A stretch of DNA of 64,000 nucleotides, taken from assembly GCA_041394365.1 (NCBI GenBank), contig JAWKIM010000015.1:69658-133657 (forward strand), in the 5' to 3' direction. A program made the translations under genes and the position numbers. The stretch is from Acidimicrobiales bacterium. GTDB lineage: Bacteria; Actinomycetota; Acidimicrobiia; Acidimicrobiales; CAIXPF01. Shown piece by piece: positions 28,540 to 42,710 of the stretch (positions are counted from its first letter, which is position 1; each line of letters begins with the position of its first letter). The notes beneath the pieces are model-generated. The model saw only the letters and a list, made by a program, of their open reading frames with translations, did not search any database and had not been told where the DNA came from.

Positions 28540-29500
28540 CGGCGACGCCCACCGGCTGGTGCAGCTCCCCAGCCCGGCGCGGCGATCTCGGCCTGGATGG
28601 GCACGCTCGACAGCATGACGTTGACCGCAGTGATCGAGGTGTGGATCTGGCCGCAGGCAGGGTGCCGCACCGCCACGCCGGCGGCCTCCAGCGCGGCGGC
28701 GTAGGCGTCGCCCTCGTCGCGCAGCGGGTCGAACTGGGCGGTGACCACCACGGCCGGCGCAGCCGGACAGGTCCTCGGCCCGCAGCGGGGACACCCGGGG
28801 TCGGTGCGGTCGGCCTCGTCCACGTAGCGGTCCCAGAACCAGCGCATCAACGGCGGTGAGGAAGAACCCTCCGCGCTCGCGGTAGGACGGCCGGGTGAGG
28901 TCGCTGTCGGTCACGTGGGGTGATGAGCAACTGGGCGGCCACGGCCGGCCCGCCGGCGTCGCGGGCCGCGGCTGACCACCGCGGCCAGGCTGCCGCCCGG
29001 CGCCTCCAGCCGGCCACGGCCAGACGGTCCGGTATGGCACCGAGCTCGGAGGCGACCTGCCGCCTCCAGACCAGTGCGGCGAAGGCGTCGTCCACCGCGG
29101 CGGGGAAGCGGGCCTTCGGGCGCGTGGCGGTATCCACCGACAGCACCACCGCGCCGCTCTGCAGGCAACTCCGGCAGTAGGCATCGTCGGAGGTGGCGCT
29201 GCCCAGCACTCCACCCACCGCCGTGGTAGTAGACCACCAGCGGGCGCGGCTCGCCGTGGGCGCCGGTACAGGCGTAGGTCGAGCGGGCTGCCGTCGGCGC
29301 CGGGCGCAGCGTACCGTCCGCCACCTCGCTGACCCGGCCCCGGGGGCGACTGGGCGCCGCTCTGCTCGACGAACGCCCGGCATCGGCCACCGGCAGCGAC
29401 TCGATGGCGGGCAGGTCCATCGACGCCATCATGTCGAGCATCATCTTCACGTCGGGCTGCAGCCGGCGCACGAGGCCGTCGTTGGTCTGCGCCTCGCCGG
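28540..29500 (-). pseudogene. alpha/beta-hydrolase fold-3 esterase/lipase (HSL family), frameshifted
   Basis: Fragments PRPLVVYYHGGGW, SDDAYCR..SGAVVLSVD, FPAAVDDAFAALVW, DRLAVAGW, QLLITP, TDSDLTRPSYRE, VVTAQFDPLRDEGDAYAAALEAAGV. Boundaries approximate. Confidence 0.6.
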
Positions 29501-29514
29501 CCCGCGACGTTCGT

Positions 29515-31108
<1,594 letters not shown>

Positions 31109-31373
31109 CGTTCGGCTCCTTCGGTCACGGGCCTCCCACCCCGGGAGGTCACTGCCGTGATTCTCGCGCGCCGGCCGTCGCTATGACGGATGGCACACGG
31201 CGTGCCGGCTCGCCGGCGGGGTCCTGTGCGCGCCGTTCGCCCACCGCGGCGGCCTGAAGTGGTCCCAACGCACGCGGCGTGGCGCGCCACGCGGAGCGAC
31301 CGGGGCCCTGACCAGGTCGAAGGTCGCGCCGTACCGGTGGGTATGGCAGGTCCGGTGAGCCGTTCTAGACCCT

Positions 31374-31650
31374 TCAGACCAGGATCGGACATGCCGCCGG
31401 TTGGCAGACGCCGGGGCGGCGGCGAGCACCAGCGTGATGCCCTGACCCAACAACGCCGCAGGCGATGCCACCGGCGAACGCGAGGAGGAAGTTGGCCCCA
31501 CCGCTGACGAGGAGCACCAGCACGGGGATCTCCAGGCTGAACCACAGCACGAGCAGCAGCGCGGCCAGCGGTTTCCAGCCCGGGTCGCGCTTCGTCGCAC
31601 AGCTTGACCACCTTGTTCATCACGAAGGCCAGCACGGCGATCTCGATCAT
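31374..31650 (-). CDS. small hydrophobic protein (about 90 aa), needs at least 1 frameshift
   Basis: MIEIAVLAFVMNKVVKLCDEA then, in the next frame, WKPLAALLLVLWFSLEIPVLVLLVSGGANFLLAFAGGIACGVVG. Supported only by hydrophobicity. End uncertain. Confidence 0.3.
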
Positions 31651-31925
31651 GGGTCGCTCCTCGGTCGTGACCGCGAGGATGCGGTCGATCGTTGAGACGA
31701 CGCAGCAGGCCGATCGGTTCGCGAGCCGAAGGCCGAAAGCGGAAGGCACGCGGCCTGCGCCGGTGACCTGACGGCATGTCAGCTTCGGTGCCGGAGCCGG
31801 AAACACGGACTTCACCGAGGCGTCGGTGATGGGGATTGTCCGGTGGCAAACCGCAGCGGTAGCCATGGCCCTACCCCCTCTTCGGCCCTCTCGACCAAGC
31901 CCCTCCGGGCGTCACGGAGCTGACC

Positions 31926-34187
<2,262 letters not shown>

Positions 34188-34260
34188 GCCCCGCTCGGAC
34201 CGGGTCCCGCGGCCCGGCGCCGGTCGAACCCACATCGACGACAACAAGGAGCGTGCACCG

Positions 34261-35283
34261 TTGGACTTCGGTGTCGTGTTGCAGTGCAACCCACCCGCCT
34301 GGCGGGTGATCGACCAGGCCAAACGGGCCGAGGTGCTGGGGTTCAGCCACGTCTGGCTGTTCGATTCCCACGTGTTGTGGGAGGAGCCGTACGTGCTGCT
34401 CGCCCAGGTGCTGGCCGAGACCCGCCGGGTGATGGTCGGCCCGTTCGTCACCAACCCCGCCACCCGCGACGCCACCGTGCTGGCCTCGCTGTTCGCCACC
34501 CTCAACGACCTCTACGGCAACCGCACGATCTGCGGCATCGGCCGGGGGGACTCGGCGGTGCGGGTGCAGAACAGCCGGCCCACGACGCTGCGGGCCATGC
34601 GCGAGTGCATCGAGGTCGTCCGCGAGCTGGCCAACGGCCGCTCGGTGGACTACCAGGGTGTGACCCTGCAGTTCCCGTGGGCCGGCCAGAGCCTGCTCGA
34701 CGTGTGGGTGGCGGCCTACGGCCCCAAGGCGCTGCAGCTCACCGGTGAGGTGGGCGACGGGTTCATCCTGCAGCTGGCCGATCCCGACATCGCCGCCTGG
34801 ACCATCGGCGCGGTGCGCCGCGCCGCCGAGGAAGCCGGTCGCGATCCCGACGCCATCACGTTCTGTGTGGCCGCGCCCGCCTACGTCAGCGACGACCTCG
34901 ACCACGCCCGCGACCAGGTGCGCTGGTTCGGCGGCATGGTGGGCAACCACGTGGCCGACATCGTCGCCCGCTACGGCGGCGACGGCAACGCCGGCGTGCC
35001 CCAGGCGTTGACCGACTACATCCGCGGCCGGCAGGGCTACGACTACAACGAGCACGGCCGGGTGGGCAACCCCCACGCCGACTTCGTGCCCGACGAGATC
35101 GTGGACCGCTTCTGCCTCATCGGCCCGCCCGAGGCCCACATCGAGAAGCTGCAGGCGTTGCAGGCCATCGGGGTGGACCACTTCGCGTCGTACTTCCAGC
35201 ACGACGACATCGAGGGATCGATGAAGGCGTACGCGGATCTGGTCATCCCCGGGGTGGCCCCCAAGGTCATCGGGCGCCGCTGA
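34261..35283 (+). CDS. LLM-class (luciferase-like) F420/flavin-dependent oxidoreductase
   Basis: TTG start 9 nt after AAGGAG. LDFGVVLQCNPP, GFSHVWLFDSHVLW, GIGRGDS, LQLTGEVGDGFILQLADP in ORF 33901..35283. Confidence 0.8.
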   Translation: MDFGVVLQCNPPAWRVIDQAKRAEVLGFSHVWLFDSHVLWEEPYVLLAQVLAETRRVMVGPFVTNPATRDATVLASLFATLNDLYGNRTICGIGRGDSAVRVQNSRPTTLRAMRECIEVVRELANGRSVDYQGVTLQFPWAGQSLLDVWVAAYGPKALQLTGEVGDGFILQLADPDIAAWTIGAVRRAAEEAGRDPDAITFCVAAPAYVSDDLDHARDQVRWFGGMVGNHVADIVARYGGDGNAGVPQALTDYIRGRQGYDYNEHGRVGNPHADFVPDEIVDRFCLIGPPEAHIEKLQALQAIGVDHFASYFQHDDIEGSMKAYADLVIPGVAPKVIGRR

Positions 35284-35305
35284 CCGCCAGCGCCCGCCCT
35301 GGTCG

Positions 35306-36736
35306 TCAGCGCTGGCCCTGGGCGCCCCGGCTGCGGCAGTGCGGCCGGGGTCGCTCCGGCCCGCTGCGGCCGGCGGCGGCCGCGAGCAGGGCGGCCACAC
35401 CCTCCACGTCGTGGAGCGGACGGCTGCAGGTCACCCGCAGGTGGTCCGGTCCGGCGGTCAGGGCGAACGGCCGGCCGGGGCGCACCCCGATCCCGTGCTG
35501 GGCGAGGTGCGCGCGCGCCGCGTCCTCGTCCTCCACCGGCACCCAGAGGTTGAACCCGTCGCTGCCGCCGACGGTGACGCCGTGGCGGGCGAGCGCCTCC
35601 ACCAGCCGGCGGCGGCGCTCCTGGTACACGGCGCGGGCGTGCTCCACCCGGCGGTTGGTGGCCGGGTCGAGCAGCAGGTCGAGCAGCACCGACTGCAGCA
35701 GGCGGCTGGACCACGCCGGCCCCAGACGGCGCCGTATGGACAGCGCGGTGATGAACGGCAGCGGCCCGGCCACCGCGGCCAGCCGGAGGTCGGGCCCGTG
35801 GGACTTCGAGAACGCCGACACGTGCAGGGTCCTGGTGGGCAGCCAGGCCGACAGCGTGACCGGCGGGGCCGAGGCCACCGCACCGGTGTGGTCGTCCTCC
35901 ACCACGATGGCCGAGCTGTCGCGCAGCAGGCGGGCCAGGTCGGCCGCCCGCTCGGGGCTCATCGACACACCGGTGGGGTTCTGTGCCCGAGGCTGCAGGA
36001 TGACGAGCACCGGATCGCTGCGCAACGCCCGGGCGAGCTCATCGGGCCGCACGCCCTCCTCGTCGAGGCCCACCCCCAAAGCGATGCCACCGTTGGACTC
36101 GACCACATCGAAGATCGTCGGCAAGGCCGGGTCCTCCACGACCACGCGATCGCCGTAGCGCACCAGCTCCCGGCAGATCCGGTCGAGCCCGTCGAGGGCC
36201 CCGTCGACGATGACCACCGCCTCCGGATCGAACAGGTCGGCCCAGTTGGCCCGCAACAGCCGATCGAGCGTGGGCAGCGTGGCCGGCTCCAGGTAGTTCG
36301 ACACCGTGGCGGTGTTGGCCAGACGGGCCAGCGCGGGGCCGAGGTCGGGCAGCAGCTCGCTGTCGGGCGTCCCGGTGCCGAGGTCGATGGCATAGGCGCC
36401 GACCTCCCGGCTGGCCTGCCAGAACCTCGGTGAGGCCGGCTCCAGGCGCTCGACGCCCACGAACGTGCCGCGGCGCCCCTCGGTGCGCACCACGCCGGCG
36501 CGGGCCAGCAACGTCCACGCCTCGCCCACCTGCGTCGGGCTCATCTGCAGGCCGGAGGCGACCTCCCGGATGGTGGGCAGCTTGGCCCCGGCCGGGATGG
36601 TGCCGGCGTGGATGAGCCGGCTGAGCGCGCTGGCCACCGACTGGGGCGTCCGGGTTCGCAGCTCGAGGCGGAGCAACTCGACGACGTTCACCGGAACCTG
36701 ACGATGTTCAACACGGCCTGACGCAATCCACGGCAA
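35306..36736 (-). CDS. MocR/GabR-type regulator (GntR wHTH fused to fold-type-I aminotransferase-like domain)
   Basis: ORF 35306..36736: LPTIREVASGLQMSPTQVGEAWTLLARAGVVRTEGRRGTFV, ILQPRAQNPTG, SAFSKSHGPDLRLA (PLP lysine context). The start may be the inner GTG. Confidence 0.9.
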   Translation of the reverse strand: MPWIASGRVEHRQVPVNVVELLRLELRTRTPQSVASALSRLIHAGTIPAGAKLPTIREVASGLQMSPTQVGEAWTLLARAGVVRTEGRRGTFVGVERLEPASPRFWQASREVGAYAIDLGTGTPDSELLPDLGPALARLANTATVSNYLEPATLPTLDRLLRANWADLFDPEAVVIVDGALDGLDRICRELVRYGDRVVVEDPALPTIFDVVESNGGIALGVGLDEEGVRPDELARALRSDPVLVILQPRAQNPTGVSMSPERAADLARLLRDSSAIVVEDDHTGAVASAPPVTLSAWLPTRTLHVSAFSKSHGPDLRLAAVAGPLPFITALSIRRRLGPAWSSRLLQSVLLDLLLDPATNRRVEHARAVYQERRRRLVEALARHGVTVGGSDGFNLWVPVEDEDAARAHLAQHGIGVRPGRPFALTAGPDHLRVTCSRPLHDVEGVAALLAAAAGRSGPERPRPHCRSRGAQGQR

Positions 36737-36754
36737 CTCCCGACGCGCACGTTA

Positions 36755-36809
36755 GAACGGCCGACTTGAACGGCGCCGGTCGGGCCGCCCGGGAACGGCC
36801 CCGCCGTTC
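36755..36809. promoter_or_regulatory. GAACGGC repeat cluster (3 direct plus 1 inverted) in the MocR/LLM-operon divergent region
   Basis: GAACGGC at 36755, 36768 and 36793, with GCCGTTC at 36803 forming GAACGGC-ccc-GCCGTTC. Confidence 0.4.
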
Positions 36810-36937
36810 AGCATCCCGTCAGCCTGGTCGGTTTGTCCGGTGCCGCATCGTCAAGGTGGCCGTCGCGCGGCCGTCACAGTGCGGTCCACGGCGGGAAACA
36901 CGGTGCTGCGAGCATCGGGACCCAACAGGAGGTTCCG

Positions 36938-37995
36938 GTGGTCGATTTCGGCGTGATGATCAGTTCCGGCTCTCGAAGCGTGCGCGACGGTGTGACCGCC
37001 ACGCACGCCTTCTCCCATGTGGTGTCACAGGCCCAGTGGGCGGAGGAGCACGGTTTCACCGGTGTGTGGGTGGGTGAGGGCCGTCTGGCCACCAGCGCGA
37101 TCATCCCCATGTCGTTGATCGCGGCCAACACCAGCCGGGTGAAGATCGGCAGCGGCATCCTGCCGTACCGCACCCGCAACGCCGCCCTGCTGGCGGTCAC
37201 GTTCAAGACGCTCGACGACCTCGCCCCCGGCCGCATGCGGCTGGGCCTGGGTCCGTGGTGGGAGCCGCTCGCCACCCGCACCGGCCTGGTCAACCGCAAG
37301 CCGCTCAAGGCGATGCGGAGGTGATCACCGTGTGCCGTGAGCTGCTGGCCGGCCGGACGGTGACCTACCACGGTGAGTTCGTCGACGTCAGTGACATCCG
37401 CTTCGACGGGCCCGACGACGACGACGGCAAGGCCTACCCGGTGCCCATCTACATCGGCGCCGTACGGATGGGTATGGTGCAGCTGTCGGGCGAGATCGCC
37501 GATGGGGTGCTGCTCGATTTCCTCGTCCCGCCGTCCTACAACGTGGAGGCGATGGAGGCGGTGCGCAAGGGAGCGGCCCTCTCCGGGCGTTCGCTGGACG
37601 GCTTCGAGGTGCCCCAGCTGATCGCCGCGTCGATCGACGACGCCGATCCCGCCACCGCGGTGGACGACTGCCGGGCCTTCCTCACCCAGTACATCGCCCA
37701 ACAACCGCACATCACCGAGACCTGCGGTGCCGACCCGGAGCTGATCGACGCCATCAAGGCCGAGCTGGCCTGGCCGGCCACCAAGGCCGAGGTCCGCCAC
37801 ACCATGCGCCTGGTGCCCGATTCGTTGGTGCACTCGGTGTGCGCCTGCGGCACCGCCACCCAGGCGCTGGACAAGATCATGGAATGGGTCGACGCCGGTT
37901 GCACCGAGCCGGCGATCACGCCGCTGAGCGCCGACCCGCTGCAGACGCTCGAGGCGCTGGCCAAGGCGGCCAACCTCGCCGGCGTGGCTCGATGA
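36938..37995 (+). CDS. LLM-class flavin/F420-dependent oxidoreductase, one frameshift near 37318
   Basis: GTG 4 nt after AGGAGG. VDFGVMISSG, GFTGVWVGEG, LGLGPWW in ORF 36833..37324. Continues VITVCRELLAG..YIGAVRMGMVQLSGEIADGVLLDF in ORF 37255..37995. Confidence 0.8.
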
Positions 37996-38903
37996 CCGCA
38001 GGATCGGCCGCCACGGTCTCGCCGGTGGCCACCATCGAGAGCCCGGCGGCGCCCGCGGCGTCGCCGGGTGCCGCCGAGCGGGGACGCCCGTCGCGCTGGC
38101 GAGGTCGGGCCGGGCGAGCCGCCGGCAGCGCAGCGGTCGGCGTGGGGCTGGTCGGCGGCACCGCCGTGCTGTGGGAGGTGGCCAAGGCCGCGTTCGATCT
38201 CGACGACCGGACGCTGCCGCACCTCTGGGACGTGGTCGCCTACCTCGGCTCGGAGACGTCGAAGGGTGAGAACTACGGCATGTTCTTGCTCAACAACCTG
38301 CTGGTGACCGCCCGCAGCGCGGCCCTCGGCCTGCTGTGCGGCGCCCTGCTCGGCGTCGTCACCGGCGTGGTCATCGCCCGCAGCCGGCTGCTGGGCGCAG
38401 GGGTGCTCCCGTTGGTGGTGGCGGCCCAGACCGTGCCCATCGTCGCCGTCTCGCCGGCCATGGTGCTGTGGTTGGGCACCAACTGGACCACGAAGATCGC
38501 CATCGCCACCTACCTGACCTACTTCCCGGTGGCGGTGGCCACCGCCAAGGGGATCCAGTCGGTGCCGGGCGATGCGCTCGATCTGCTGCACACCTACTCG
38601 GCGTCGCGTCGCACCGTGCTGTTCCACGTTGAGCTGCCGGCGGCGGCCCCGCTGATCGCCGTGGGCCTGGAGACGGCCGCCGCCTTCGCCGTGGTCGGCA
38701 CGATCGTGGGCGAGCTGCCGTTCGGCTCCAAGACCGGGCTCGGCGTGGTGATCCTGACGTCGTGGCAGTTCTACACGATCGAGCCGTCCGCCCTGTACTG
38801 CGTGGCCCTGGCCGCCTGCCTGCTCGGTGGCGCACTGGTGCTGGCCATCCGGCTGCTGGGCTCGATCCTCATCGGCTATGCACCGGAAGGCGGTTCGCTG
38901 TGA
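37992..38903 (+). CDS. ABC transporter permease (NitT/TauT-type)
   Basis: The ATG overlaps the upstream stop (ATGA). Six TM segments and a permease EAA-like loop (TYSASRRTVLFHVELPAAAPLI). Confidence 0.85.
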   Translation: MTAGSAATVSPVATIESPAAPAASPGAAERGRPSRWRGRAGRAAGSAAVGVGLVGGTAVLWEVAKAAFDLDDRTLPHLWDVVAYLGSETSKGENYGMFLLNNLLVTARSAALGLLCGALLGVVTGVVIARSRLLGAGVLPLVVAAQTVPIVAVSPAMVLWLGTNWTTKIAIATYLTYFPVAVATAKGIQSVPGDALDLLHTYSASRRTVLFHVELPAAAPLIAVGLETAAAFAVVGTIVGELPFGSKTGLGVVILTSWQFYTIEPSALYCVALAACLLGGALVLAIRLLGSILIGYAPEGGSL

Positions 38904-39745
38904 GCACGTCCGACGCCGTCACCGACACCGTGCGAGCGCAATCGGAGGCGTCCTCGCCGATGGTCAAGCCGATCCCGGGTCTCGAAGCCCACCAGCTGAC
39001 CAAGCGCTTCGACAGCCGTGGCGAACAGACGGTGGCGTTGCAGGACGTCGATCTGACGATCGCCCAGGGTGCGTTCGTGTCGATCATCGGCCCGTCCGGC
39101 TGCGGCAAGTCCACGATGTTGCGCATCTTCGCCGACCTGATGGCGCCGACCGACGGCGTGGCCATGGTCAAGGGGCGCACGCCGCACCAGGCCCGGCGCG
39201 ACCGTGAGTTCGCCATGGTGTTCCAGTCACCCAACCTGCTGCCGTGGAAGAGCGTGCTGCGCAACGTCACGCTGCCGCTGCAGATCATGAAGCTGCCCAA
39301 GGAGGAGCGCGAGGCGCGGGCCCGCGAGATGCTGGCCCTCGTCGGGCTCGATGGCTTCGAGAGCCGCCTGCCCCACCAGCTCTCCGGTGGCATGCAGCAG
39401 CGCGTCGCCATCGCCCGGGCGTTGTCCATGCACCCGGGTGTGCTGTTCATGGATGAACCGTTCGGGGCGCTCGACGAGATCACCCGGGACCGGCTCAACC
39501 TCGAGCTGATGGACATCTGGCAGCGCCTGTCGCCCACCGTGCTGTTCATCACCCACAGCATCGGCGAAGCCGTGTACCTGTCGACCCAGGTGGTGGTGAT
39601 GTCACCCCGACCGGGCCGCATCACCGCCACCATCGACATCGATCTGCCGTACCCCCGCACCGCCTCGGTGCGCGACCAGCCCCGCTTCTACGAGTTGGTG
39701 GGCGAGGTGCGCGCGGCGCTCAACGACGGCCAGGGCCGAGCGTGA
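38900..39745 (+). CDS. ABC transporter ATP-binding protein (NitT/TauT-type)
   Basis: GTGA overlap start. GPSGCGKST (Walker A), LSGGMQQRVAIARAL, LFMDEPFGALD. Confidence 0.9.
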   Translation: MSTSDAVTDTVRAQSEASSPMVKPIPGLEAHQLTKRFDSRGEQTVALQDVDLTIAQGAFVSIIGPSGCGKSTMLRIFADLMAPTDGVAMVKGRTPHQARRDREFAMVFQSPNLLPWKSVLRNVTLPLQIMKLPKEEREARAREMLALVGLDGFESRLPHQLSGGMQQRVAIARALSMHPGVLFMDEPFGALDEITRDRLNLELMDIWQRLSPTVLFITHSIGEAVYLSTQVVVMSPRPGRITATIDIDLPYPRTASVRDQPRFYELVGEVRAALNDGQGRA

Positions 39746-40560
39746 CCGCCGTCGAACCCGCCGCCGAACCCGGCGTCGGGCGCCGCGCCAGGTTGGGTGG
39801 CGCCTCCCTCGACCCGGTGCGGGTGCTGGCGCCCATCGCGCTGTTCGTGCTGTTCATCGGCGCCTGGGAGGCGTGGCTGGTCATCGGTAACGTGCCCGAG
39901 CTCCTGCTGCCCGCCCCCCACCAGATCCTCTCGCAGTTCATCGAGGACCGCTCGAAGTTGTCCACCTTCGCAGGGAACACGTTGGCCCAAGCCCTCAAGG
40001 GGGTGGCCGTGGGCTCGGTGTTCTCGCTGACCCTCGCCGGCCTGGTGTTCCGGGTGCCGGTGCTGGCCAAGGCGCTGCAGACCTACGCGTCCACCATCAA
40101 GGCGCTGCCGGTGGTGGCGCTGTACCCGATCTGCACCGTGTTCTTCGGCATCACCGACCGGGCCGTGGTGGCGATCGTGGCCGTGGGCATCACCCCGATC
40201 GTGTTCGCCTACGCCCTGACCGGCTTCTCCACCCGCAGCGAGCAGGACGAGCTGTTCCGGTCGCTGTCGGCCGGGTTCTGGGTGCGCTTCCGCTTGTTGG
40301 TGCTGCCCCGCAGCGCGCCGTACCTGATGGCCGCGCTCAAGACCGTGGTACCCACCTCGATCATCATCGCCGTGATCGCGCAGTACTTCGGCGGCAGCGT
40401 GACCAGCCTCGGTGCCTACATCCGCCGGGAGTCGGCCAACCTGCACGTGCTGGAGATGTGGTCGGCCATCGTGGCGTCGTGCCTGCTCGGTCTGTCGTGC
40501 TTCGCCGTGGTGGCGCTGGCAGACCGCTTGGTACGGCGATGGTTGCCCACCGCCCGATGA
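39742..40560 (+). CDS. ABC transporter permease (second subunit)
   Basis: GTGA overlap start. ORF 39742..40560, six hydrophobic segments, FRLLVLPRSAPYLMAALK loop. Confidence 0.85.
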   Translation: MTAVEPAAEPGVGRRARLGGASLDPVRVLAPIALFVLFIGAWEAWLVIGNVPELLLPAPHQILSQFIEDRSKLSTFAGNTLAQALKGVAVGSVFSLTLAGLVFRVPVLAKALQTYASTIKALPVVALYPICTVFFGITDRAVVAIVAVGITPIVFAYALTGFSTRSEQDELFRSLSAGFWVRFRLLVLPRSAPYLMAALKTVVPTSIIIAVIAQYFGGSVTSLGAYIRRESANLHVLEMWSAIVASCLLGLSCFAVVALADRLVRRWLPTAR

Positions 40561-40746
40561 CCTGAACCGCCAACGCCCGAACGCCCCGATCGCGGGGCCC
40601 CATGCGGTGGACGTGAGATGCGACCGGGCGTCCGCGCCCATCCGACGACACGCCGCCCAACCCTGCCGTTCCCGTTCCTGCTCGTCGTTCCCGTGTCTCC
40701 CGTCCCTCCAACGCTCACCCATCGACCGATCCCAGAGGTGCCATCC

Positions 40747-41874
40747 ATGAAGAAACTGCATCTGCTCGCCTTCGCCGCCGTGCTCGCCTCGGCGTCGCTC
40801 GCCGCCTGCGGAGGTGACGACGGCGACCCGGCCGCCACCGGCGCCACCGGGGCCGCCACCGACGACTCGGCCGCCGCCTCCGGCGGTGCGGCCACCGGTG
40901 AGATGACCGAGATCAACCTGACCCTGCAGTGGGTCACCCAGGCCCAGTTCGCCGGGTACTACGCCGCCCTCGAGCAGGGCTACTACGAAGAGGAGGGCAT
41001 CGATCTCACCATCCAGCCCGGCGGGCCCGACATCAACCCCATCCAGCTGCTGGTCTCCGGTGACACCGACATCGCCATCCAGCAGTTCGGCGCCGTGCTC
41101 GCCGCCCGGGAGACCGGCGCCGACCTCAAGAGCATCGGCCAGGTCTTCGAACGCGGTGCATACCGACTGGTATCGTTCGCCGACAGGGACATCACCTCGG
41201 GGGACCAGATCAAGGGCAAGACGGTCGGTCTGTGGAACGGCTTCCAGCCGGCGTTCTCGGCCACGGCCGGCAAGTACAGCCTCGATCTCGACACCGACGT
41301 GGAGATCTTCAACCAGGGCTTCGACATGGTCGCCTTCCTCGACGGTCAGATCGACATGGCCTCGGCCATGACCTACAACGAGTACGCCCAGGCGCTCGCC
41401 GGCGCCGAGGGCCGCGAGATCTCGGTGTTCGACTTCAACGAAGAGGGCACCGCCACCCTCGAAGACACCATCACCACCACCGGGGCGTGGCTCGATGCCA
41501 ACCCCGATGCTGCGGTCGGGTTCCTCAAGGCCACCGCCAAGGGCTGGATCTACTGCCGGGACAACCCCGAAGAGTGCGTCCAGATCGTGCTGGAGAACGG
41601 CACCGCGCTGCCGGAGAACTTCCAGACCTGGCAGATGAACGAGGTCAACAAGCTGCTGTGGCCGTCCACCAACGGCGTGCTCAACCTGACCGACGACATG
41701 TTCAGCCAGACCGCCGACATCCTCCTCAAGTACGAGGTCATCAAAGAGGCCGCCAGCGAGGAAGCCTACGACATGTCCTTCCGTGACAAGGCGGTGGCCG
41801 AGCTGTCCGAAGAGGACGTGATGGGCGCCTCGTTCAAGCCGCTCGAGCTCGACCCGGCCGAGCTGTTCGGGTGA
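40747..41874 (+). CDS. ABC substrate-binding lipoprotein (NMT1/THI5-like)
   Basis: MKKLHLLAFAAVLASASLAAC lipobox, LQWVTQAQFAGYYAALEQGYYEEEGIDLT. Confidence 0.85.
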   Translation: MKKLHLLAFAAVLASASLAACGGDDGDPAATGATGAATDDSAAASGGAATGEMTEINLTLQWVTQAQFAGYYAALEQGYYEEEGIDLTIQPGGPDINPIQLLVSGDTDIAIQQFGAVLAARETGADLKSIGQVFERGAYRLVSFADRDITSGDQIKGKTVGLWNGFQPAFSATAGKYSLDLDTDVEIFNQGFDMVAFLDGQIDMASAMTYNEYAQALAGAEGREISVFDFNEEGTATLEDTITTTGAWLDANPDAAVGFLKATAKGWIYCRDNPEECVQIVLENGTALPENFQTWQMNEVNKLLWPSTNGVLNLTDDMFSQTADILLKYEVIKEAASEEAYDMSFRDKAVAELSEEDVMGASFKPLELDPAELFG

Positions 41875-42710
41875 TGGCGATGACCAACGTCGTTCGCTGC
41901 GCGCTCATCCAGACCACCGGCATCACGCCCCGCGAGGCGATGGTCGACCACCAGGCCGGGCTCGTCCGCCGGGCGGCGGAGGCCGGCGCCCAGATCATCT
42001 GCCTGCAGGAGATGGCGACCAGCCCCTACTTCTGCCAGGTGGAGACCAGGGAGTGGTTCGACTACGCCGAGCCGGTGCCGGACGGTCCCACCGTCAAGTC
42101 CATGTCGGCCCTCGCCGCCGAGTTGGGGGTCGTGCTGGTGGTGCCCCTGTTCGAAGACGACGAGGGCAGCTACTACAACACCGCCGCGGTCATCGACGCC
42201 GACGGCGCCTACCTGGGCAAGTACCGCAAGACCCACATCCCCCACGGCAACAACTTCTACGAGAAGTACTACTTCAAGCCGGGGAACCTCGGCTTTCCGG
42301 TGTTCCAGACCCGCTTCGCCAAGATCGGCGTGTACATCTGCTACGACCGCCGGTTCCCCGAGGGCGCCCGGGCGCTCGGCATCGCCGGGGCGGAGATCGT
42401 GTTCATCCCCTCGGCCACCGCCGGCCGTTCCTACAAGACGTGGCATGTGGAGCAACGCGCCCACGCCATCGCCAACCGCTACTTCGTCGGCACCAACAAC
42501 CGCGTCGGTGTGGAGGAGTTCGGGCCCAACGAGTTCTACGGGCACAGCTACTTCTGCGATCCCGACGGCGGCATCCTGGCCGAGGGCGGCACCACCGAGG
42601 AGGTGGTCATCGCCGATCTCGACCTCGCCGAGGTGCGCGCCGCCAAGTTGGACCTGCCGGTCTGGCGCGATCGCCGGCCCGAGACGTACGCCCCGCTGGC
42701 CATCCCATGA
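41871..42710 (+). CDS. nitrilase-superfamily N-carbamoyl amidohydrolase (beta-ureidopropionase-like), copy 2
   Basis: [34 protein letters not shown]. The start overlaps the SBP stop (GTGATG). Confidence 0.9.
   Translation: MMAMTNVVRCALIQTTGITPREAMVDHQAGLVRRAAEAGAQIICLQEMATSPYFCQVETREWFDYAEPVPDGPTVKSMSALAAELGVVLVVPLFEDDEGSYYNTAAVIDADGAYLGKYRKTHIPHGNNFYEKYYFKPGNLGFPVFQTRFAKIGVYICYDRRFPEGARALGIAGAEIVFIPSATAGRSYKTWHVEQRAHAIANRYFVGTNNRVGVEEFGPNEFYGHSYFCDPDGGILAEGGTTEEVVIADLDLAEVRAAKLDLPVWRDRRPETYAPLAIP

Noticed and set aside
31651-31925. Possible riboswitch (ZTP/pfl-like GGTCGTGACC start) in the 275-nt leader before the first amidohydrolase gene.
   Set aside because: The second conserved half of that motif (CCGCCTGGGC-like pseudoknot partner) is absent, and I recognised no other riboswitch consensus. 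The region is also a divergent promoter for the small membrane ORF.
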